NCBI GenBank assembly: GCA_964518635.1
Contig: CAZFGK010000005.1
Span: 1,679 to 65,678, forward strand
Direction: 5' to 3'
Length of the DNA stretch: 64,000 nt
From: an uncultured Ignavibacteriales bacterium
GTDB lineage: Bacteria > Zixibacteria > MSB-5A5 > GN15 > FEB-12
Under the pieces are notes generated by a model that was given only the letters and a program-made list of their open reading frames with translations, did not search any database and was not told the DNA's origin. Position 1 is the stretch's first letter; each line of letters begins with the position of its first letter. Below are positions 56,870 through 64,000 of this stretch, one piece after another. A program made the position numbers and the translations under genes.

Positions 56870-57983
56870 TTAGACTACCTGCTCACGGAGTTCCGGATCG
56901 GAGAGGTAGGCATTGATAAAGCCGTCGATTTCACCATCCATGACGGCCTGTGTATTCGAGGTCTCAAAATCAGTCCGGTGATCTTTGACCATATTGTACG
57001 GATGGAAGACATAGGAACGAATCTGCGAGCCCCATTCAATTTTCAATTTTGCCTTGTCGAGTTTCTCAAATCGTTTCGCCTCCATCTCACGTTTGAGTTG
57101 GTAGAGACGGGAACGAAGGACGCGAAAGGCGGAGTCTTTATTTTTGTGCTGACTTCGCTCGGTCTGACAGGTGACTACAATGCCACTCGGAATGTGGGTG
57201 ATACGAATAGCAGATTCTGTCCGATTGACATGCTGCCCACCGGCACCGGATGCACGGTAGGTATCGATACGGATTTCATCATCTTTGACTTCAATGTCCG
57301 GCATGTCTTCGACTACCGGATAGCTATGAACAGAAACAAAGGAAGTATGGCGTCGAGCGTTAGAATCAAAGGGAGAGATTCGCACGAGGCGATGAACGCC
57401 GGATTCTGATTTCAGATAACCGAAAGCATACTCCCCTTTGATTTCCATCGTCGCGCTCTTGACACCGGCCTCATCACCGGGCTGAAAATCAATCAGTTCG
57501 ATCGAAAAGCCGCGAAGTTCAGCCCAGCGATTGTACATCCGAAAGAGCATCTCTGCCCAGTCCTGTGATTCTGTCCCGCCCGCACCAGCATGAATGCTGA
57601 GCAGTGCATCCCGATGGTCGTCCGGGCCCGAAAGCTGCGCCTGAAATTCAATCTTGTCGACCGCGGCTTCAAGTTTTGCGACCGATTCTGCGACTTCGTT
57701 TGCTTCAGAGGAATCACGGTCGACCAACTCATTGAGTTCAATGAGATCGTTCAGTTCACGATCGAGCGTGGCGTAGACTTCAATCTGTTTCTTGTGCACA
57801 GTAATTTCCTTGAGGATTTCCTGTGCCTTTCGATTGTCGTCCCAGAAGCCGTCCGCGGTGGTCAGTTTTTCGAGGGTAGTGATGCGTTCCCGACGGGTAT
57901 CGAGGTCAAAGAAACCTCGCCAGCTTCGACAGCCGCTCGCGCAGCTCCGGAAGTCGATATTTTAGTTCGGCAGTAACAGCCAT
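56870..57983 (-). CDS. prfB: Peptide chain release factor 2 with a programmed +1 ribosomal frameshift
   Basis: Frame 0 from ATG 57983 reads MAVTAELKYRLPELRERLSKLARFL then TGA. The +1 frame continues DLDTRRERITTLEKL...KEITVHKKQIEVY and joins the 309-aa track ORF. SPF and GGQ motifs are present (SGAGGQHVN). Confidence 0.92.
57905..57911 (-). promoter_or_regulatory. RF2 autoregulatory frameshift site CTT TGA C
   Basis: The minus strand reads gcgAGGtttCTTTGAC. This is the canonical slippery CUU-UGA-C with an upstream SD-like AGG. Confidence 0.85.
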
Positions 57984-58154
57984 ATGCTGAGATACACTCC
58001 AATTCTTTTGTCAGAAATAGAAAAACACCGTGCTTTCGCACAGGAAGGCGGAATATAGTTCCTTCTTCCGTCGAATCAAGATTGAAACGGCTCAGATTTC
58101 TCTTCAAATGATCGCCGCAACCTGCTCAGAGTCAAGCGTTTCCCAAAGGGTCAA

Positions 58155-58183
58155 TTGACCGTGAATCCTGTGCATCGTACTAT
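58155..58183 (+). promoter_or_regulatory. Candidate promoter placing the TSS at or near the ATG (leaderless transcript)
   Basis: TTGACC-17 nt-TACTAT, then 6 nt, then ATG 58190. There is no SD. Confidence 0.4.
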
Positions 58184-58189
58184 TGTTAC

Positions 58190-58855
58190 ATGTCTGAGTC
58201 GTTTGAAAAGAAAATTCGCTGGGAGATGATCACTGTTGGTCCATATCAGGAGAATTGTTACCTGATCTGGCTCGATGGTGGGCCGGGTTGTATCATTGTC
58301 GATCCGGGGGATGAGGCAGATCGTATCATGAATGTGATGCGTGGACATCGGACTCGCCCTGAAGTGATCCTCTTGACTCACAGTCATTGCGATCATATTG
58401 GTGCGGTCGGCGAGCTTAAGCGCAGCTTTGATATCCCTCTTCTGATCGGGAAGGGGGAAGAGCAGATGCTCTCTAACCCGCAACTCAATCTCTCTGAATT
58501 TCTCGCATCGCCTATCATTGCGCCAGCTGCTGATCGCGCAGTGGAGGCAGGGGAGATTCTCACTTTTGCCGGAATCAATCTGATGGTCGTCTCCACCCCC
58601 GGTCATTCGATTGCGAGTGTGAGCTATCTGATTCCGTGCGGTTCCCTTGCAATCTCAGGAGATGTTCTTTTTGCGGGATCGATCGGACGAACCGATCTGC
58701 CCGGGGGAGATTTTGAAACGCTGATGAGTTCGATAGACAGGGAATTGCTCTCACTTCCGGATGACACACTGGTCCTTCCGGGGCACGGCCCCACGACGAC
58801 TGTCGGCCGGGAACGTCGAACAAATCCGTTCGTGCTTCGTCGTCATTTTGGCTAG
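58190..58855 (+). CDS. MBL-fold metallo-hydrolase (GloB/hydroxyacylglutathione hydrolase-like)
   Basis: 221 aa. Motifs LLTHSHCDHIG, TPGHS and GDVLFAGSIGRTD. Confidence 0.85.
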   Translation: MSESFEKKIRWEMITVGPYQENCYLIWLDGGPGCIIVDPGDEADRIMNVMRGHRTRPEVILLTHSHCDHIGAVGELKRSFDIPLLIGKGEEQMLSNPQLNLSEFLASPIIAPAADRAVEAGEILTFAGINLMVVSTPGHSIASVSYLIPCGSLAISGDVLFAGSIGRTDLPGGDFETLMSSIDRELLSLPDDTLVLPGHGPTTTVGRERRTNPFVLRRHFG

Positions 58856-58929
58856 GGGCAAACGGTCATTCAGCATTAATCCGCTTCGAACAATTAGTTG
58901 CTGTCGGTGTGAAAGGGGTTAGTTTACGA

Positions 58930-59634
58930 ATGATGAAGACTAGAGAATATCGGATTTCTATCGCACGCGAGGTGATGCAGTTGCTTAGGTATCGAGTTGC
59001 CCTTTTGTATTGTGCGGGTGTCTTGTTTGCGGTTGGTCCTGCGAAAGCGGTCGACAAAGATGCCGCAACAAACAAAAGTCAGGGACTGACACTTCTTGCG
59101 GAGTATCTCGTTGGTTCATTTTCGAGTGAAGATCAGGCAAAGGCGGACACACAATTTTTTGATATTCGTCTGGAGATTGTTCCTATCTGGAACGAACGGA
59201 AAGATGCCATTTGGCTCTATGTTGAACAAGCTAGTGCCAGCAGTCTGAGCAAACCCTACCGTCAACGGGTCTATCGTCTCACTGAACAGCGGGAGGGGCA
59301 ATTCCTCAGCGATGTCTATACCCTTCCCGAACCTGAAAAATTCGCAGGGGGCTTCAAAGATTCTTCTCGTTTCGCTCAACTTGCTCCTGACCAATTGACA
59401 CTTCGGACCGGCTGTGGCGTGAGTTTGCGAAAAGTAAACGACACTCTCTTTACGGGACAGACTACTGGAACCGGTTGTAGTAGTGAGCTTCGGGGAGCGA
59501 GTTATGCGACTTCGGAAGTCAGTCTCTCGCCGTCGGGAATGGTCTCATGGGATCGTGGGTATGATGCTTCCGGTAAACAGGTCTGGGGGGCGAAAACGAG
59601 TGGCTACTCCTTCAAGCGGGTAAGCCGTAAGTGA
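58930..59634 (+). CDS. CpcT/CpeT-family (DUF1001) protein with a signal peptide
   Basis: Collinear with cyanobacterial CpcT, recalled from memory: LAEYLVGSFSSEDQA..., LYVEQA...KPYRQRVYRL, TGCGVSL...GTGC...WDRGYD. The start is uncertain (58909 GTG, 58930 ATG or 58975 ATG). Confidence 0.72.
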   Translation: MMKTREYRISIAREVMQLLRYRVALLYCAGVLFAVGPAKAVDKDAATNKSQGLTLLAEYLVGSFSSEDQAKADTQFFDIRLEIVPIWNERKDAIWLYVEQASASSLSKPYRQRVYRLTEQREGQFLSDVYTLPEPEKFAGGFKDSSRFAQLAPDQLTLRTGCGVSLRKVNDTLFTGQTTGTGCSSELRGASYATSEVSLSPSGMVSWDRGYDASGKQVWGAKTSGYSFKRVSRK

Positions 59635-60245
59635 GGCTGACCCGATCCTTCTTTTCATCGCCGACACTTCAGGTAGCAGAGGAGTTAATCGGTGCGACAA
59701 TGGTTTATCGTTCTTCGAGTATGCCAAAGAGAATGAGAATTGTTGAAGTAGAAGCATATATCGGCGAAGATGATCCCGCTTGTCATGCTGCGGCAGGGAA
59801 TACCGCAAGAACGGCGATCATGTACGGAGAACCGGGATATGCCTACGTCTATTTGATCTACGGAATGTATCACTGTCTGAACATTGTCACGGAGCGAGCC
59901 GGATTTCCGGCGGCGGTACTCATTCGCGCAGCAGAACAAATTGAGGGATTCGATTCGGATAATCCGCTGCTCTTATCCGGACCGGGAAAACTTGCCAAAG
60001 CATTATCACTTGATCGGTCTCAGACCGGACTCTCTCTCTGCTCGCACGATTGGCATTTCATAGAGAGAGAGAAAGAACCGAGAGTCGAAGTAAGTCCGAG
60101 AATTGGAATTACCAAGGGGACAGAGAAACTCTGGCGATTCCATGATACAGATTCCAAATCGGTTTCAGGTTCAAGGAGAGCACGTTCGATCGCGGTTTCT
60201 GTTATTTTTGAAAAACCAGAAGTGAGTGAAATTTCCAAGTCATGA
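59631..60245 (+). CDS. DNA-3-methyladenine glycosylase (Mpg/AAG family)
   Basis: F...TLQVAEELIG, EVEAYIGEDDPACHA, RT..M.GEPGYAYVYLIYGMYHCLNIV. GTG start overlaps the upstream stop. Confidence 0.88.
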   Translation: MRLTRSFFSSPTLQVAEELIGATMVYRSSSMPKRMRIVEVEAYIGEDDPACHAAAGNTARTAIMYGEPGYAYVYLIYGMYHCLNIVTERAGFPAAVLIRAAEQIEGFDSDNPLLLSGPGKLAKALSLDRSQTGLSLCSHDWHFIEREKEPRVEVSPRIGITKGTEKLWRFHDTDSKSVSGSRRARSIAVSVIFEKPEVSEISKS

Positions 60246-60892
60246 ATCAGATATTCTCTCCAGAGTGGTTTCAACACCTCGTCATTGCGGCGCCAGCTAT
60301 GTTTATGGCATTTACCGTTCACGAGTTTTTCCATGCATGGACGGCGTTGAAATTTGGTGATCCGACTGCTCGTGATCTCGGTCGCGTCTCACTCAATCCC
60401 ATTGATCACATGGATTTATTTGGGACGATTGCGCTTATTCTCTCAGGATTCAGGTTCGGTTGGGCGAAACCTGTTCCGGTCGATCTGACACGGACGAAGA
60501 ATCCACGTGTTGCAAATTTCTGGATCACCTTTGCCGGACCCCTTTCGAATCTGGCGTTGGCGATCATTTTCGGTTCAATCTATCGTATGTATGTCACTGG
60601 ATTGATTCCATCCCCAACTGATGCATCGCTTGCAGAGGCGATCTTTCTTTTTCTGCGCTATGCGGTCATGATCAACTGCGGCCTTTGTTTTTTTAATCTG
60701 CTTCCACTTTTTCCACTGGATGGGTCTCACATTGTTAAGAGTCTACTCCCGCTCAATGCGGCATTTCGATTCTCTCAGTTTGACTCCATCGCTCCTTTCG
60801 TACTTTTGATGCTGATTTTCACTGGAATCGCTGGTGTGATCATCGGGCCGATAGTATCAGCGGCGATGTTTCTCGTTGCAGGTATCCGGTAA
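60242..60892 (+). CDS. Site-2 protease family (M50) membrane metalloprotease
   Basis: 216 aa. HEFFHAW zinc motif, multiple TM segments and a NLLPLFPLDG motif. ATGA overlap. Confidence 0.85.
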   Translation: MNQIFSPEWFQHLVIAAPAMFMAFTVHEFFHAWTALKFGDPTARDLGRVSLNPIDHMDLFGTIALILSGFRFGWAKPVPVDLTRTKNPRVANFWITFAGPLSNLALAIIFGSIYRMYVTGLIPSPTDASLAEAIFLFLRYAVMINCGLCFFNLLPLFPLDGSHIVKSLLPLNAAFRFSQFDSIAPFVLLMLIFTGIAGVIIGPIVSAAMFLVAGIR

Positions 60893-61619
60893 CATTGCGT
60901 TGGGAAGCAGTTATTCATTGAATCAAGTCTCATTCTCTTTGAAAATCTGTTTACTGAGTCTCTTGTGCATTCTGGTCATAGGTTGTGCTAGTGTGAAGCG
61001 TAATGTAGGATTTCGGGAGTCGATTCCTTCTGAGAAGACCACCATCGCGCAGGCATTTCTCTATGATCTGAGAATCGTTGATGGAAGTAAAATACGGTCA
61101 GGAAAGGCAGAGTTGTATGCAATACCAGACACCGCGGTGTTGCGTGTGAAAGGATATCTTGGAACTTTGGGGGCGATTGTCTTCGCTGAACGGGATCGTC
61201 TTTCTGTTTTCTTACCAAGAGAGAAGCAGATGAGTTCACTTATCAATTCAGGAGATTCATTGGAAGCTCATTGCAATTCGATTTGGCGGCTCTGGCCACT
61301 CCTTCTTAGGCCGTCATTGACAACTACCGAGCTTGATTCGTTACACAGATGGACGATTGTCAATCGTTCAGAACATCGTCAACAATTGCTCTGGCAACAT
61401 CCATTGTGCAGCTTAACTGTCATGGTGAAAGCGAAGGAAGTCAACGGTCGTTGGCATTTTGAAGAGATCACTGCGTCTCAGGTAGATGGCTACATTCGTC
61501 TGAGTCTGCGTGAACATCGTGATCGCGCGACGGTACCAACGAGTCGATTTCTGATTCCTGATACCACTAGCTGGGGTTCCATACCGGCAGATGAACTGAG
61601 TCTTTCACTTGATGAGTAA
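60876..61619 (+). CDS. Hypothetical lipoprotein (LolB/DUF4292-like size and context)
   Basis: Lipobox ILVIGCAS. There is no in-frame ATG before the signal peptide, so the likely start is TTG at 60939 (MKICLLSLLCILVIGC). The track start at 60876 is also TTG. Confidence 0.5.
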   Translation: MQVSGNIALGSSYSLNQVSFSLKICLLSLLCILVIGCASVKRNVGFRESIPSEKTTIAQAFLYDLRIVDGSKIRSGKAELYAIPDTAVLRVKGYLGTLGAIVFAERDRLSVFLPREKQMSSLINSGDSLEAHCNSIWRLWPLLLRPSLTTTELDSLHRWTIVNRSEHRQQLLWQHPLCSLTVMVKAKEVNGRWHFEEITASQVDGYIRLSLREHRDRATVPTSRFLIPDTTSWGSIPADELSLSLDE

Positions 61620-61667
61620 GATGTCAGATATCCAAGAGCATGAGATTCACACCATTCAGGTGAGCTC

Positions 61668-63542
61668 ATGAGGTCTCTCAAGCGGGCAGCGGAAGCCCTG
61701 CATGAACATTGGGGGAGACTCACACTTGCGAGTCTGTCAGCGGCATTTTACGCGTTGACCTCCGGGTTATTCGTCTGGCTCATCGGTCCGATGATGATCA
61801 CCCTCTTTCAGGCCGGTTCTCCGGTACCGACTGCCCCTACGACTATTCCTCCGGTCGTCGAGCAAAGCAATAGTTGGGTTGGGTCGATCGGTCGTTCGAT
61901 TGTTGCGGCAAAAGAGGCGGCGCAGCAATTCAGTGATGATCTATTGACCGGTGCTACACGCGAAGAGACATTAGTGCGGCTTTGCATCGCGCTGATTTCA
62001 GTTGTGACCGTCATGAACATCCTTAGCTATCTGCAGGGATTCTGGATGTGTTACATCCAGCAAGCGGTCATGAAGTCACTGCGGAACCGTCTTTTTGAAA
62101 AGTATCAGCGACTTTCGATGGTCTTCTTTCATAAGCAGCGAACCGGACACCTTCTTTCTAGAGTGACAAATGACGTGGTCATGCTCAATGACGCGATCGA
62201 TCTGGTTTTCAATCGATTGATTACTGATGGGCTTCTCGTACTATTGTATGTCTCCTTTCTTGTTCTCCTCAGTTGGGAACTGACATTACTCGCGGCGATT
62301 GTATTGCCCATTTCTCTTCTGTTTATCTGGTTCATCGGGAAGAAAATTCGGAAGTATGCCGCCCGTTCGCAGGAGCGAATGGCCGAAGTCAATACGGTGC
62401 TGGAAGAGAATATCAGTAACATGCGTCTCGTAAAGGCGTTTACAACCGAAGACCGAGAGATCGACAAGTTTCATCAGACAACCGATGGCTACTTCCGCGC
62501 CCTCGTTCGAATGACCCGTATTCGCCATCTTGCCTCGCCGATCAGCGACATCCTCGCTACTGGAGTCGGAGTGGTCATACTACTGGTTGCCGGTCGTGAA
62601 ATTATCTCGGGAACAGGACATCTCTCCGCCGGGGATTTTGTCACCTATATCTTCGCGCTCTTTTCGATCATCAAGCCGTTCAAGTCGTTGACGCAGATTC
62701 ATGTCCGACTACAAGAAGGGGAAGCCGCCGCTGAGCGGATCTACGATATTCTTGATACTCCAGAAACGGTGACATCACGCCCCGATGCCATTCAAAGAAC
62801 TGAATTTGCCGGAGCGATTTCGTATCAGGGCGTGAGCTTCGCATACCGTCAGGATCAACCCGTCCTTCACGACATTTCATTCGAAGTCAAGCGTGGAGAG
62901 GTCATTGCAATTGTCGGCCCTTCCGGTTCGGGGAAATCGACACTCGTCGATCTCCTTCCGAGATTTTACGACCCGATAGAAGGGCGCATCACACTGGATG
63001 GAAGCGACATTCGTGATCTGGATATTCGTTCGCTGCGGCGTTTGATGGGGATTGTGACGCAGGAGACTTTTCTCTTTCACGATACCATCGCACAAAACAT
63101 CGCCTATGGGCTTGAAGGAGCGACGCAGAAGGGGACTGAAGAGGCGGCCAAAGCAGCGAACGCACATGATTTTATCTCTCAATTTCCGGAAGGGTATCAA
63201 AGCGTCGTTGGGAGCCGAGGCGTACGTCTTTCCGGCGGACAACGTCAACGTCTGGCCATTGCTCGTGCCCTGCTGAAGAATCCGCCGATTCTTATATTTG
63301 ATGAAGCAACATCGGCTCTGGATTCCGAATCTGAATTACAAGTGCAGGAAGCGATCAATCGACTGCTCAAAGACCGCACCGTGCTGGTGATCGCGCATCG
63401 TCTCTCGACTGTGACCAGCGCGACACGGATTCTTGTCCTTGATGAGGGGCATCTCAAAGAATCCGGCACACACACGGAGCTTTTGGCTCTCAACGGTCTC
63501 TACTCACGGCTCTATCAACTCCAGTTTCGAACGGCCGAATGA
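61668..63542 (+). CDS. ABC transporter, fused permease/ATPase (MsbA-like lipid exporter)
   Basis: 624 aa. Six-TM ABC_membrane domain. Walker A GPSGSGKST, signature LSGGQRQR and Walker B ILIFDEATSALD. Confidence 0.9.
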   Translation: MRSLKRAAEALHEHWGRLTLASLSAAFYALTSGLFVWLIGPMMITLFQAGSPVPTAPTTIPPVVEQSNSWVGSIGRSIVAAKEAAQQFSDDLLTGATREETLVRLCIALISVVTVMNILSYLQGFWMCYIQQAVMKSLRNRLFEKYQRLSMVFFHKQRTGHLLSRVTNDVVMLNDAIDLVFNRLITDGLLVLLYVSFLVLLSWELTLLAAIVLPISLLFIWFIGKKIRKYAARSQERMAEVNTVLEENISNMRLVKAFTTEDREIDKFHQTTDGYFRALVRMTRIRHLASPISDILATGVGVVILLVAGREIISGTGHLSAGDFVTYIFALFSIIKPFKSLTQIHVRLQEGEAAAERIYDILDTPETVTSRPDAIQRTEFAGAISYQGVSFAYRQDQPVLHDISFEVKRGEVIAIVGPSGSGKSTLVDLLPRFYDPIEGRITLDGSDIRDLDIRSLRRLMGIVTQETFLFHDTIAQNIAYGLEGATQKGTEEAAKAANAHDFISQFPEGYQSVVGSRGVRLSGGQRQRLAIARALLKNPPILIFDEATSALDSESELQVQEAINRLLKDRTVLVIAHRLSTVTSATRILVLDEGHLKESGTHTELLALNGLYSRLYQLQFRTAE

Positions 63543-64000
63543 AGATCCTGTTTGTGAATTCAATCTCTCCCACCATCTGGGGAGGGATGGAAGAATGGAT
63601 TCGACTGGTGGCAAGCGGACTCACGAATAAGGGGCATCGCTGTTTTGTTTGCGGACAGCCGAACTCGGTTTTTCTTGAGACGATAGGAAGGGAACATCAG
63701 GAGATCACACGTTTTCCCGTACACATGCGAGCCGATTTCTCTCCGTTTGCAATAGCTCGTATCAGGAAGATCATTGTTCAGAATCAGATCGAGCTGGTCG
63801 TGACTAATTTCACGAAAGATCTGCGCCTTGCGGGAATCGCCGCAAAGCTCGCAGGCAAGGTTCCGGTCATCTGGTCGCTGGGGAGTAATCTTGCGGGGCG
63901 GGGTGTGATGCATCAATGGCTGACTCCGCGGCTTACAGAACACATTCTCGTGCCGTCGCTTGCATTGGCTTCAGAGATAGGTGTACATCAGTATCTGAAC
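63539..64000 (+). CDS. Glycosyltransferase family 4, N-terminal part (3' end outside the window)
   Basis: This gene is not in the ORF track because no stop codon falls inside the window. I translated it by hand: MKILFVNSISPTIWGGMEEWIRLVASGLTNKGHRCFV.... ATGA overlap with the ABC transporter stop. The frame is open to nt 64000. Confidence 0.75.
   Translation, partial: MKILFVNSISPTIWGGMEEWIRLVASGLTNKGHRCFVCGQPNSVFLETIGREHQEITRFPVHMRADFSPFAIARIRKIIVQNQIELVVTNFTKDLRLAGIAAKLAGKVPVIWSLGSNLAGRGVMHQWLTPRLTEHILVPSLALASEIGVHQYLN

Noticed and set aside
56810-57409. 199-aa plus-strand ORF
   Set aside because: It is antisense to the pta 5' end and to prfB, and has no independent support.
57862-58107. 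81-aa minus-strand ORF overlapping the prfB 5' region
   Set aside because: It is a third minus-strand frame overlapping the short frame-0 leader of prfB. The region is explained by the leader (ATG 57983 to TGA 57908) and the +1 frameshift, so it is not a separate gene.

Overview
The window is a gene-dense chromosomal segment from an uncultivated Gram-negative bacterium. The gene content suggests the FCB superphylum: a T9SS C-terminal sorting domain, DUF1573, PEGA/TPR envelope proteins and DUF2723. I found no transposase, integrase, CRISPR array or rRNA. Most of the content is core metabolism and envelope biogenesis.

Features in order:
- ribBA (5' truncated)-ribH-nusB.
- A DUF2723/GT4/UPF0104 glycosylation trio.
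- A ZIP transporter and a rhodanese-MauE/DoxX pair.
- A compact 8-gene type IV pilus/T2SS-like cluster: secretin, PilP-like, PilO-like, a PilM-PilN fusion, two pilins, PilC and PilB.
- Two secreted HExxH proteases with different C-terminal sorting modules, one dockerin-like and one a T9SS CTD.
- A lipoprotein / PorV-or-PorQ-like barrel / M6 protease operon.
- A WYL regulator, followed by a co-directional array: BMC-H shell protein, acylating aldehyde dehydrogenase with an N-terminal encapsulation-peptide-like helix, DJ-1, a hexapeptide nucleotidyltransferase-like protein, a GalT-like HIT enzyme, GlgA and a GT-C/TPR membrane protein.
- tRNA-Gly(GCC) and tRNA-Cys(GCA).
- A minus-strand central-metabolism block: citrate synthase, GlcD-like oxidase, PckA, aminotransferase and Pta.
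- prfB with its programmed +1 frameshift, which the ORF track splits.
- mpg, an S2P protease, an MsbA-like ABC exporter and a 3'-truncated GT4.

The best candidate for something undescribed is the minimal BMC-like locus. It has one PduA-type hexamer gene and an encapsulation-tagged aldehyde dehydrogenase, but no pentamer, trimer, PduL or signature enzyme anywhere in 64 kb. All homology calls rest on motif recognition by eye; I ran no searches.
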